From positions 29,455,182-29,519,181 of the forward strand of contig CM119264.1 in assembly GCA_051294375.1 (NCBI GenBank): a stretch of 64,000 nucleotides of DNA. Reading direction: 5' to 3'. Shown piece by piece: positions 15,353 through 28,390 of the stretch (positions are counted from its first letter, which is position 1; each line of letters begins with the position of its first letter). Under the pieces are notes generated by a model that did no database searches, had not been told where the DNA came from, and saw nothing but the letters and a program-made list of their open reading frames with translations. Origin of the DNA: Paraspadella gotoi. Its lineage: Eukaryota > Animalia > Chaetognatha. The translations under genes were made by a program, and so were the position numbers.

Positions 15353-15877
15353 GGAGAGAGAGAGAGAGAGAGGAGAGAGGAGAGAGGAGAGGAGAGAGAG
15401 AGAGAGAGAGAGACATATCCGTGTGACAGCGAATTAAAATCACGGGAGGAAGAGGAAGAGTAAGTAAGACGTCGTGGAAACGAAAATCTGCCGAGATCGA
15501 CGACATGACGACGACGACCGATAATCGAAACGTGTTTTCTCTTTTCTAAACAAAATGCAGAAAAAAAACAATTATTTTTTTTTTCGTTTTCTTTTGCTGC
15601 AAATGTTTTTTTTCAGCTGCCCTTCCTTATCGCTTTGTTGGATTTCAATAGTAAGAACGATTTTTTTTCGTTTCAACAAAACCTAATATTTAAAAGAAAA
15701 AAATAATAATTTATTATTCCCGGTTGAGGCGCTAATAAATATAACTCATTCTAACCTCATATTTTTTCTCCTCATCTATTTGGTTACTCATTCATCACTA
15801 GTGAGTCTTCGTCGGACCGCGCCCTCATCGATTTTACTTTTGTTTTTCTTAAATTCATCTTCATTCTTTGTTTTGCT

Positions 15878-15937
<60 letters not shown>

Positions 15938-16249
15938 CTCAAAACCCTTTTCCCTAAAAATCGTCAAACCTTCGCTTTAATTTCTTTTATCTCTTCCCTT
16001 TATTTTGCTTTATTTACTATTCGCGTTTGTTTTTTAAATATTTTCCGATTTAACCTTTCTCCTCGATTTTCCATTAAATCTTCTTTCGAATCGAATTAGC
16101 GTCGGAACTAAACTTAATTATCTCATCAGCTCACGCCCTCCTTTCACCTTTCACCTTTCACAATTCATTTTATCAACTTTTTCTTTTTGTATTTTTTAGA
16201 TTTCTTTTTTAATCTTGTAATATTTTTCCTATTTTCTTTTCTTATCTTT

Positions 16250-16337
16250 TCTTTTCTTTTCTTTTCTTTTCTTTTCTTTTCTTTTCTTTTCTTTTCTTTT
16301 CTTTTCTTTTCTTTTCTTTTCTTTTCTTTTCTTTTCT
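16250..16337 (+). repeat. (TTTTC)n microsatellite
   Basis: Pentanucleotide array read directly. Confidence 0.9.
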
Positions 16338-16512
16338 GTGTCACTTTTCTGCACTCTACCTGTTGAGTCACCTCACCTCTTCTAAGATTCGAGACTTTTC
16401 TTTTTATTTCTTTTTTCCCATTTTTTTATTCGGTTCCTTTGCTTTTGACTTTTCGCCCGATTTAAGTCTTTCACTTTAGATTTGCGACTTTTGTCCTTGT
16501 GGTTTTAGAATG

Positions 16513-16552
<40 letters not shown>

Positions 16553-16642
16553 TTTGTCTTTCTTTTTTTTCTTTCCTTCAACCTCTTTCCACTGTTTTTC
16601 CCTTTCATCGTTTTTTTTCTCTCTGAAGCTCTTTATTCTTTT

Positions 16643-16690
<48 letters not shown>

Positions 16691-17135
16691 CCTCTCTCTT
16701 CTCCTCTCTCCTCTCTCTCTTTTATCCCACCTCGCAACTCACCTACATGTCACTTACTTCGACCTTCTCGTCGTCGATTTCTTCTTTTCTTTCTTCTTCT
16801 TTTTTTCTTCTTTTTTTTTTTATTTTCTTTTTCTTTTTTTTTCTTTTTTCTTTTTTTTTTTACTTTTTTTTTCGTTTCTTCTTTTTTTTTTCTTCTTTTT
16901 TTTCCTTTTTTTTCTTTTTTTTTTTCTTCTGTTTTGTTCTTTTTCTTTCTTTCTTTTTTTTCTTTTTCTTTTTCTTCAACACAAATCCAAAGAATAAAAA
17001 CATTTGTACACTCGAACTCGTAAAAATTACGCAGAAAAATTGGACCCAGTTTTCTTGAAACGACGGGTTTTTACGGGCTGGCAGAGAGAGAGAGCAATTA
17101 CTGAACGTGTAACGGAAGAAGGGGAGATGAGAGAT

Positions 17136-17167
<32 letters not shown>

Positions 17168-18423
17168 AGAGAGGAGACACTCTTTCTCTTCCCAAATACT
17201 GTAATCGATTGCTCAAGAGAGATGGAGAGCAGAAAGAGATAGAGACGAGAGGAGCAGAGAAGAAGGAGAGAGAGAGAGAGAGAGAGTGAGAGAGAGAGAG
17301 AGAGATAAAATTTTAAAAAACCTTCAATCCTGTAAATCAAAATGTCTTCAACAAAATGCGTCGGGTTTCAAAATCTCGCTTTGCCAGTCTCATTCCTTTA
17401 AATGTTTTTTCTTTCTCTCGCTCAAAGGACGTTGGCCATTTTGAAATTCAAATTTTAAAAACAATTTTGGCGTCAATTTGAAAATGTATTTTTTAAGGAA
17501 ATTTTCATTATTGATTTCTATTTTCTAGTACTTAGAACATATTGTACTTTGTAATCGTATAAGGACTTTTGATACATAAACAAAACATCAGTCAATAAAC
17601 GAAATTCAACGAATTGTAGAGAAACTAATCTAACGAAATTATCCTAATGTAAAGAAATTAACTAAAAAAACAAACGAAAAGCTCTTGAATGCAAATACTA
17701 TCGCAAAAATAAATATATAATTAGCTTTACGATACACCAGCTTTTAATAATACTCAAAACTTGTATTTTTTTCTTTGGTTTATTCACAAAATTTTACATT
17801 TTGTTTGCACGCAATTAAGCATGCAGCCAATTAAGCATGCAGCCAATACAGCGATCAGCGTGCAGCCAATCAAAAATCTTCTCTGCTGCTTTGATATTCA
17901 TCATTCACAAAATCGTGATTTTCGTGTGTGAATTGATAATCACCAGATGGACGAAACTCATTTGAGTTTAAGCTCCTTAGATACGGGGAATGCTCCCCGT
18001 AATTTGGTCGTTTTGATAATATGCATTTCGATTATAGTATTTTTTATACTTACTTTTTAAAAACTAACTGTCATACGGGAGAAAAAATTACATTTTTAAA
18101 CAAATTGTTAACATAAAAATCGACAAAAAAACCTTTAAAAAAAATCCTGCCTTCTTTTATCTCTGCCTCAACTGATTATTCAAATAACAAATTACTTTTC
18201 GGAAAAAAACGATAAATAATTCGACAAAATTGAGGAAAAACAGAATTTTCTTCTTTCTGAAAATGTCTTTTTTTTTGCCGTATTCTCTCTCTCTCTCTCT
18301 CTCTCTCACTCATTCAAAAAAAAAAAAAATGAAGGACTCAAGACGCTCAACATCGTTTATCTTTTTCTCGTCGTTAAAAAGAAACAAATGAGAATTATTG
18401 CCACTATTTTCGAGAAAGGGTCT

Positions 18424-18455
18424 GGGGACTGTTGGGGATTGCGGGGACTGCGGGG
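18424..18455 (+). other. Four-tier G-quadruplex motif
   Basis: GGGGactgttGGGGattgcGGGGactgcGGGG: four G4 runs with 5-6 nt loops. Confidence 0.55.
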
Positions 18456-19891
18456 ACTGCCTGATCTGTGAGGAATGTGGGGGACTACGAAGCGAGGGGA
18501 TTGGGGATAAAAAATTGATCCGACCAAATGCATGGTGATCCTTTTTAGATTTTGGTTTCTGGTTAAAGATTTATAAACCTAAAAAAAAGGCTCGATTTGT
18601 TAAATCACCAAAAGCCTCTCCAAAATTCAGGGGCAAGAAAGCTTATTTATTTATTTAGTAATAATTGAATGTAACATTTTATATCGTTTGCACCAATTCA
18701 TATTATACATATTCCTGCATAAAGTTCAATATTCATTTACATCCAAAGTGTTTATAAAAACTTTATATATTCATTTATATATTCATATTCACTCAAATCC
18801 TGAGTATTCATGCTTAGATATGGTTTGTAATAATTGACAACGGGATTCATATTAATTTACTTTGGAATTGTTAATAATTTACATCGGAGGAGATGGGAAG
18901 GATTACAGATGGTAAGTGACTAGAGATGAGAAGATGGGAGGGATTACAGATGGGAAGGGACAAGAGATGAGGAGATTGGAGGGATAACATTTGTCATCAT
19001 TTGTGAAATTCTTGTTTAAAAAGATGGTAAACAAAACTAAAAATATTCAATTTAAACAAATTCTGCTTCTGACCTTTATACATCTTTCAAAAACGTTGAC
19101 ATACAAACGTATATAAACATAAACATTGTATCGAAGATAATTTATCGATAAAAAAAAGTATTTTTTTCTTATCTTCAGATTTACGATAATAAAAATCTGA
19201 AAAAAAAAGGAGTAAAGTCATAGAAGGGAAGGGACAGGGAAAAGGAGGAGGGACATGCTTAAAGAGGGGGTGACATGATTAAGGAGGAGGCAGACATGCT
19301 TGAATAGGGGGGACATGCTTAAGGGGGTGGAGAGGTGGAGGTGGATGGAAGCCTTGTTCTATTTCCTGGTTTTATTATTTAATTCGAAACCCACACGGGA
19401 CGAGGGAGTTCACCAGGGGGCATCGAGTTATGCAAAGGGAGGAAACCTGAGATCGAATCTCGATGCAGTCGAGAATCGAAATCTGAGGGAGGGTCGACCA
19501 CTTGGACGAGGAAATTCACAACAACGACAACAAAGACAACGACAACGACAATCATCTCCGACGCAAGAAACGTCGACAATCAATCGACGCCGCACGACAA
19601 TAATAACAACAACAACAACAACGACGACGACAACACTTTTTCTCCGTCGACGGCAACAATTAATTCGTTTCGTACCTCGTTCGACCCGGTGCAACAAATT
19701 AATTCGTGTTCGTGTGCCGCAAGTCTCTCTACTCTCTCTCTCATCTTCTCTTCTCTCTCTCCGTCCTCTCGTCTCCATCTCTCTCTCTCCTCGCTTCCTC
19801 GTGCTCTCTCTGCTCTCTCTCTCCACTTCGCGCTCACGGATAGTCTAGTGAATGGGCCACTCTCTCTCTCTCTCGTCTTACGTATCTCGTC

Positions 19892-19922
<31 letters not shown>

Positions 19923-20482
19923 GCTCTCTCTACTCTCTCTCTCTCTCATCCTTCTTCTCTCTCGTCTGCTCTCTCTTCCGGGGTGCATCTTCTAAAGCAG
20001 AAGGGCTTCATTGGCATCCGTACAGTGTGGGGGAAGGGGCGAGTTCCAGTCGGCCGCCGACCGTTGCTTGTTTCCTGTTCTTAGATTCGGACAAAAAATA
20101 AATCTAAACTCACAACAAGTTTTGAGCAAAACATTGTCGGCATCTGCCCTACGGAGTGAATTTGAAACTTTAATTAATTATTAATTAAGTCGATTAATTA
20201 ATGATTAATTCAATTAATTTTTAATAAATCTCGTCATAATTAATTTTAAATTTATATTTCAACACTTATCATCATCGATGTCCTTAAATTGGGTTATGGA
20301 CACTTCATACAATAACTGTTTGTATTGCATTCTCATCAAAACAAACAAATAATCCTTTATATTTAATTTATGTCTCCTTGTCTCTCTCACTGCGTCACCT
20401 TCTCTCTCTCCTCTTCTCTCATCTCTTACTAGCCAAATCTGCGCACGCACCCGACTCTTCATCACTGCTACATTTTAATGCA

Positions 20483-23400
20483 TTTCTAGTCGGACTTCCA
20501 TGGGCCTTACTCAGAGATTCGCCGACGTCCTATAACTCAGGCTTTTTCGGTACCGTCCGGTCCCCCCCTCAATATTGTCGGGCACACACTTAGTTATCCA
20601 TCATGTCAGAAACATCGATATTTATGATAAATTATTGCAAAAAGAATGATTGTCCGTCCGTCCGTGCTGTCCGTCCGTCGTCCGTCCGTCCGTTCGTCCG
20701 TCCCACAGCTTAAGGCCCAAAATAGCAATAGCATCTCCAAATTACCCGTTGCAGTTGGATGGTTACTGGACCCACTTGGCGTTAATTGAAAATTTTGCGC
20801 TCAGTCCCGATGATAGAGTAAACTTGAAAGTGTGCATTCAATCATTGGCATATTTGAAGTTTCCCTATCGAACGAGGAATCCCGCTGCGGAAGTGGAATA
20901 TTGGTTTTAATGTTAAAACATAAAAAATATATTTTGCGACTATTTTGACGAACGCCAATGCTCTATGAGTGGACTAAGTGCAAGTTGACTTTGAACCATT
21001 CCTTGACTCATCAACAAGTGCGTGTATGGTGGTTAGGAAAGTGTTGTGATTGAAGCTCGATTATAAAGGTTTCGATGGGAATCGTGCGAGTGGAAGATTG
21101 AAGTTAAAATGGAAAAAACAAAAGTCATATTACTTGAAGGGTACTTTTTATCTTAAATTTACTCATAATCTATTTTGTTTATTAAAAATTGGATAGATAA
21201 ATCGAAATTTGAATTTTGTGGTGTGGGTAGCGGAAAGTATGTGATAAAGGTGATAAAAATTCTTTTGATGGAATTCGTAGGAGTGGTAAAAGAGTTCAAA
21301 ATTAGAAAACCAAAAGACACCATTTTATTTTGAATTTTTTTAAAGCATTTCTCTCTCTCCTCTCTCTCTGATTTAATTGCATTGGAGTTCTCATTGATTG
21401 ATTTGATTGACCAAATTAAGCAGTTGACCCAAATTCTGACAAGTAATCAAAGTTTTGCAAGTTGACCAATTTATGGCCTGTTGACCAAATTAACGGGTCC
21501 GTAGTTAAATAATAATGTATGCCAGTTAACCCAAATTATGACCGGTTGACCAACCATGTATTCTTTAATGTGATCAAGATTATGTCGTTGACCAAAGTCT
21601 ATGGTTCAGCTTTTCGATCCAAATTATGTCAGTAGACCACCCCCAATTAGTGTCAAGTTAAAGCCAAGATTTTATGGACTCATAGTGTTGACACAAGAAT
21701 TTATGCAAGTTGATTTAATATTATGCATAGTTGACCAAGCCCGAATAGCCTCTATTACCACTTAATTATCGATTGACCTGAATTTTGTATGTGCAGTAGA
21801 AAAGTGTATCTCCACCTGCACAAGTACATTAAATCAGGAACCAAGTTTGCGATGACTCTTGAGTGGATAATGAGGTTTTAAATGCGAAAACCAATACTAT
21901 ATAAATAACCTGTTTCACTAAGTTTGGCATATGCCTTCTTTTCCTTTCATATTAAATGTATATGCAGCCCAGTGTATGTAATAAGGTCAATATAATTAAT
22001 CAGTTAATTTAATTCAATTAGTCCAATCCTAATAATCGCAATAATTAATTAAGTGCAGTCAATGCAATCCGCTCCTCCGTCCCCACCTTTAGCCAACAAA
22101 GCTCCTAATAACTCGTGACTTGGCTGCGTTGCGCATCTCAATGAAATTTGTGTCGTGACGTAGGAGTAAGTGTTGTGATAAAGCCTGGATATAACGTTTC
22201 GACGCGTGCAATCGTTGTGCAGTGGAAATGATTAGAAGTGGAAAAAAGACATTAAGTTCGGCACTTTACTAAAATCTTTTTACCTTATTTTAACCACATA
22301 AGTTACTCTAATTAATCAATAATTGCGCAGGACTTAGATATGCAGTTCAAATTGTTTGTGTGGCCGGTAGAAAAATTTGTACTCGATGCTTAGATAAATA
22401 AAGTTTCGGTCGGAAACGTAACGAGTGAAATAGAGTTTAAATGAAAAAATATGAGTCACAAGTTCTCACTTGGAATCTTTTTACTTATTTGGTAACCCAT
22501 AATAGTATTGAGATGAAATTTTCGTGACGGGTAGGGAAAGTGTCTGTGAAAAAGCTAGATAAAAGTTTTTTTGACGGATTGTGCCAGTGTGGAAATGGTA
22601 GTTAAATGGAAAAAACCTAAAGTCACATTTACTTGAAGCAGAAAAATGCATACAAGTTATAAATAAAATGCCTAAAAGCATTAAGGATTTCAGGGTCGCA
22701 ATTGCCAAAGAGAGAGAGCAGACGAGGTGAAAGATTGGAGAGAGAGGGAGAGGGAAGGATGGCAGAGTAGCAGTTAAAAATGAGGCTGATATGGGATGTG
22801 TCGCCCCGCTGAGAGAGCAGTTAAAATGAGCATAAGATTCGTACGACCCAATTGCAAAGAGAGAGAGAGCAGAGACGAGTAGATGCAGAGAGAGTGAGGG
22901 AGAGGAGGATAGATAGAAAAGAGAGAGAGCTGCCGGAAGATAAAAAATTAGCGAATATTAAAAAAAAGCTTCTATTTTATCCTCACTGATAAAAATACTT
23001 AAAATACTTTACCAAGAATACATTTAAAATTGATAAATTATTATTCCCGATAACCCATGTTGAGATCACATGCAATATATCTAGTAAGGCCTCAATATCT
23101 AGTTAAGGCGGGGCCAAAAGTTGAACATCTTTTTATAAGCGTTCTAGTTTCTCTTTAAATTTTTTTTCCTTTCTTACTTAGAGCCTAAATCGATTTTCAA
23201 TATAACTTTTGTGAATTATTCATTGGGCCACTGTTTGCACTGAAGCTTTGTAAATATTTATTGACATAGTATAGATAATATAGTAAAGTATTGACGGAAT
23301 TTGTGCCAGGGAAATGCTGTTTAGATTGGAAAAAACATAAGTCACATTTACTATGAATTCTTTAACTATTAATGTATTACTATATGTATAATGTTTAATT

Positions 23401-23843
23401 AATTTAATGAAATTAAGTTTAATGAATTAATGTGAAAAATTGATTGCACAAGTTAAAAAAAATCTGAAAAGAGCATAAAGCATCGTCGCAATTGCAGAAA
23501 AAAAAAAAACCCGAGAGAGAGAGAAACGAGAGAAGAGCAGAGGAGGCAAGTGATGCGTGAGAGAGAGAGAGACGAAGAAGGCAGACACGAAAATAAACAA
23601 TAGAGGGATATTTTGTTTGTTTTTGATAAAATGTAAACAAATACATATTTAACTTACAAACTCGTCCTAACCCAATTTTCAAGCGACATCCGGATGATTA
23701 TAAGTTGAATATAAAATTCTAAAATTAATGCATATTACATATTTAAGAATTAATTAATTCAAATTAATTTAATGAGATCGATTAATAATTAATTTAGATC
23801 CTACGCAGCATGATCCGACGTTGTTTTGCTTCAAACTTCGTTT
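20483..23843 (+). mobile_element. Non-autonomous Helentron/Helitron2 (HINE/DINE-1-like) element or cluster with internal tandem repeats; noisy sequence
   Basis: 5' tttctagtcgga, (GTCC)n tract 20651-20703, 3' gatccgac...caaacttcgtt. Shares blocks with 42775-43530 (ctcaat.ttgtcgggca...tcatgtcaga...tatgataaatta; tgtttcactaa...atattaaatgta). Confidence 0.45.
21408..21780 (+). repeat. Degenerate ~17-18 bp minisatellite, core GTTGACCAAATTATG
   Basis: Many ttgaccaa / aaattatg units with no unique spacers between them. Confidence 0.75.
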
Positions 23844-24849
23844 TTTAACGTACCTGCATCATTTTTTCACAGTGTAATTAATTAAAATTAATTAACTAAT
23901 CTAATTAATTAAAAACAATATTATTAGTAATCGCAAATAATTATTAAAGATTCAAGTATATGTGAACTTATGATTTTTGTCCATCATAAACTCATTTCCC
24001 ACTGGCACAATTCCGTCAAAACTTTTCATGTATAATTACTTGGATATATATTAATAAATATTTAAAAGCATTTCAGTTGAAGACAAACAACCACTGAACT
24101 AATATCAAAAAAGTTACATTTGAACGAATCGATTTAGAATTAGAATGGAAAGGGAAAAAAAAATTTTTATAAGAGAACTAGGAGTTTAGCAAAAAAGTGT
24201 TCATTTTGAGCCCGCCTTACTAGATATTCCAGGCCGCGCAACAGTTTGAAAACCTTGACAGTTCTCATCAAAATGTTAATGTGTTAATGGGTTCTTAAGC
24301 GACTATTAAATAATATGAAAATAATGAAACATAATTTTTAAAAATTTTAGCTATATCAATTTTTTTTTATTAGAGTTCTGCTCATAGAGCTTGTAAAAGT
24401 TCAGAGTAAAGCGTATATGTAAATACAACTTTTTTTTTGATTTTTATTTACTTTGAAAAATTAACAAAAAAATAACAAATGTTCCTGCCACTTATAATTG
24501 ATGCATTGATTGATAATTTTTAAGGTTCTTTTGTGCTATTTGNNNNNNNNNNNNNNNNNNNNNNNNNGTTGCTTTTTCCTTTCTTAGATTCGGACAAAAA
24601 AAATCTAAAAAAAATCAAATTGAAACAAAATCAGATCTAAATTTGTACATTGTCTTTACATACTGATGATATCTTACATTCTGTTAAATTAGGCGATCAG
24701 TTTTATTAATTTAAAAAATGATAATAACCAATGATATAAGAAAGAAATTAAAAATAAGAAACCGATGAATAAAATTGTAAATAAAACAACTCGTTCGTAA
24801 ACAAACCAACAAAAATTTTCATACTTAACCTTGGCAACTAATGATGACC

Positions 24850-24956
<107 letters not shown>

Positions 24957-25195
24957 GTCTAATACTATTATTGACACACCTTTCACATCTTGCGCACATA
25001 AGTCAGACCCCCTGGACAAAAACAGATCCTTTTTCTTATCGTAGAGAGAAAAGGAAAAAAAAAGGAAAAAAGGAAAAATAAGGATAAATGAGGACCTGTT
25101 CTTTTTTTTTCCCTTGAGAAATGCTGGTTCTGTTGTTTCGGGGATAAAATCAAAATGTTATCGTATATCGACGTCGGGGGTCAAATAGAGGGGCG

Positions 25196-25410
25196 GATTT
25201 AAATTAAAACGGATTTATTATTTGGATTTAAACGGATTTAGATTTAGTTAGAAAAGGATTTAGATTTAAACGGATTTATTATTTGTATTTAAACGGATTT
25301 AAATTCAATTGGATTTAGATTTGGACGAATTTAGATGATAGAATTTAAATTAAAACTTCAGATTTAGATTTAAGAAAATTTAGATTTATATTTTGAAGGA
25401 TTTAGACTTA
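25196..25410 (+). repeat. Degenerate GGATTTA(A/G) short tandem repeat
   Basis: Repeated ggattta / gatttag units; noisy copy at ~10447-10640. Confidence 0.7.
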
Positions 25411-26149
25411 TATAAGAACAAATTTAAATTTGTATATAAGTATATATATACATATAGGAAGGACGGGAATGTATAGAGTAGATAATTTGGCGGGCTCTTG
25501 ATTCTTTAATAACTGACAAAACAACCCAAAGTCATTCCATGCATGAATATTTTAATAATACTATTTAATAATAATACATTTTAATAATAATCCATAGCGA
25601 GAACAAATAATAGAAATAATATCAAATAATGAACAACCCTCTTTTCACGAATATAATCTTTTTGAATATACATCCCCTGGATGAATCCATGTAAAGTAAA
25701 AAAAAAAGAAACTACTCTATTTTTAGGTTTTGAAGGCTAAAGTGTTTTTAACCGTGGAAAAAAAAGCCTCCCCTTGCCTGAGGCCGCGCTTGACTTAAAA
25801 AGGCCCAAATGTCCACACCTGCGTGGTCTCTGGTCTTAATGCGTGGGTGGGGGGTGAGGATCGGAGGCTTTTAGGGTGAGTGCGTGTCGGAATGTTTCTG
25901 GGTGAGCGATTAAGGGGAATGCTTGGCTCATTGCTTGGTCGGAATGCGTGGATTAAATTCGAGGACACTGGATGCTTGACTTTTCTATCCTCGGGCGTCG
26001 AGAGAGTCCATCGAAGGAAACTTGAATCGAATGGGATGACTCTGTCTCTCTCTATCCTCTCCTCTCTTCTGTATCCATACATCTCTGTTCGACTAGTGAT
26101 AAGAATCCTTTCCTTCTTCTCCTCCTCCGATCTCCTCATCTCGTCATCT

Positions 26150-26830
26150 TTGAAAACCTGTGGCGTAAGATCTCTTCTCTCCTTCTTCTACTCCAGTTCT
26201 CCTTCACCTCTTCTGCACAGAACTCGAGACTCTCTCTGGCGTCAAATCGATCTCTCTCCTCTCTCCTCCTCTCTCTCTTCTCTCCTTTCTGCATATCTTT
26301 CTCTCTCTGCGCCTCTCCACCTCCACTTCGATCAATAAACTGGTGAGGCGTAAGATTCTCTCCTCGTCTCCTTCTCCGAAATTTGCCTTCCTACTTCTAA
26401 AATCTCAACCTGTGGGCGGTCTCTACTCATCTCTACTCCTCTTCTATTCTCGGCTCCTCCTCTCTCCTCCTCAGATTTCCTTTCCACTCTCTTTTTGAAA
26501 ACTGGTGACTGCGCTAAGAATTCCTTCTCCCCTTCTCGTCATTTCTCCTTCCTCCTCCACTCCTTGACTCAAAATCTCGTGGCGTAAGATCCTCTGGTTC
26601 CTCTCTCTGCGATTCTCCACCTTGAATCAGCTGTTGGAGCGTAAGACTGATGCCTCTCCTTCTCGATTCTCACCGGCTTCGAAAAAAACTGTTCGGCGCT
26701 AAGTATCCCTTCTCTCTCTCCCGACTTCTCACTCCCCTTGAATAATCTCTTCGCTTGGCGCTACCACGATTCCTCCCTTCCTACTCTTTCCCCCGTATTC
26801 CGCTCACACTCTGACAAACTGTGGCGTAAG
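26150..26830 (+). repeat. Degenerate minisatellite with core AAACTGTGGCGTAAGATTC followed by a pyrimidine tract
   Basis: About 10 noisy units (e.g. 26152, 26337, 26497, 26572, 26630, 26686, 26816); absent from the 11390-11940 counterpart. Confidence 0.65.
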
Positions 26831-28303
26831 GACTCCTTTTCTTCCCCCAAATAACTTTTGAGCTTCTCGTAATCTTTTTGGATGTCTGCCCCCCTCATTT
26901 GAGTGGAGAGAGTGAGAGTAACGTCCGGGGAGAAGAGGGAGAGCGGACGTGACTCGTACTCATCTCATCTCTCTCGAGGGAATCCTTTCTTTTCTCTCTC
27001 CGGCGACTAAGAGAGAGTCATCGAGTCTAGCAGTAGAAGAGATGAGAGGAGCAGCAAGAAGCAAGAATGAGAGAGAGAAGAGAGACAGATAGGGATGATG
27101 AATCATTATCTAATTCGAACAACAAGGACCGGGTTATTTCTTTCCTTTTACAATCATACGTCATAAAATTAATATAGGCGAAACTCTCTCGTCTCGATTT
27201 CGAGAGAAATAATGAAAATGCCAAATTCTAAAGTTATTCCCCCGCTCTACCGGCTCGGGTGCGCGTTGTCTCAGAGAGAGTTTCCCCGCTGGCGTCTCGG
27301 TCGCTCTGCTCAGTCTCGATGATCCTCCCGCTGTGAAGACGCCGCAGGCTGTGCCTGCTCGGTTCTGCTTCCTGCTTTCGCGCTCGACGTCGAGATCGCA
27401 AACCAGCCTCCATGTATCTCTCTCTCTCAGGTCTCCGTCTCTCTCCTCTATCTCTCTCCATCTCTCTCTCTCTCGATCTCTCTCTCTCTCATCTCTTGAC
27501 GCTCCGCTGCTCTTTTGGTTTCGCCAATCAATTGGAATACAAGAATTCCCGTGGGGATCTCCCGACTCGTGGATCAATCGGATTATTGTTTCTAGTCTAT
27601 TCTAAACATTAACGTGAAGTTGAAGTTGTATTTGACCGATGTCTATATTTTTTCTTTCCGCTCAATTAACATCGCAGCTCGCGCTTTTCGTAAACATCAA
27701 TTGTTTTCCTTGTCTCATCTCCGGATTCTCCAATTATCCTTTCGACTTTTGCGGTTAAGGTATCCGTCGTGAACAAAACGTTGCCATTGTGTACGGAAAA
27801 AACGACTACTTTCCTACCTTATTTGGTTTCAGTTTGTTACTTTACAATGTTGATTAACTTTGAACCCGACATACACAAATTGGGTCCGAACGAAGGATTG
27901 GTTAGAAACATCTCCACTCCGTTTCTAATGAATAAAAATAGTACTATTCCTATGGCAAACTTTTAGCCAAAAAAATTAATGTGTCCACTTTTGTCCATGT
28001 TCTAACCTTTCTCGTCCTTCTCTATTAATTCAGTTAAAAGACTAAAACGGATCCATTAGCAGATTTCCCTTTTTTTTCCTTAATTTTCGTTTCACCTCAA
28101 AAAAGTAAAAAATGAGTCATCTTTCGTTTTTCTTAATTTTAATTGATTTGACTCTTTAGTCTGGAAGCTTCTTCTTCTTCTTTTTCTTCTTCTTCTTCTT
28201 GACTGACTGATTATTGGTGAACTTTCGTTGACGCAGTATAGTTTATTCCACTCGATGTTAAAATGAATAATGTTTGTTTTATTTGGAAGATGAAGCTTTT
28301 TTG

Positions 28304-28304
<1 letters not shown>

Positions 28305-28390
<86 letters not shown>
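28305..28390 (+). repeat. (TTTC)n microsatellite
   Basis: Tetranucleotide array read directly. Confidence 0.9.

Noticed and set aside
21408-21780. Possible CRISPR-like array
   Set aside because: Units are contiguous with no unique spacers, there are no cas genes and the context is eukaryotic. Variation is explained by read noise.
26150-26830. Repeat-spacer (CRISPR-like) appearance
   Set aside because: The intervening segments are homologous to each other, so this is a degenerate tandem repeat.
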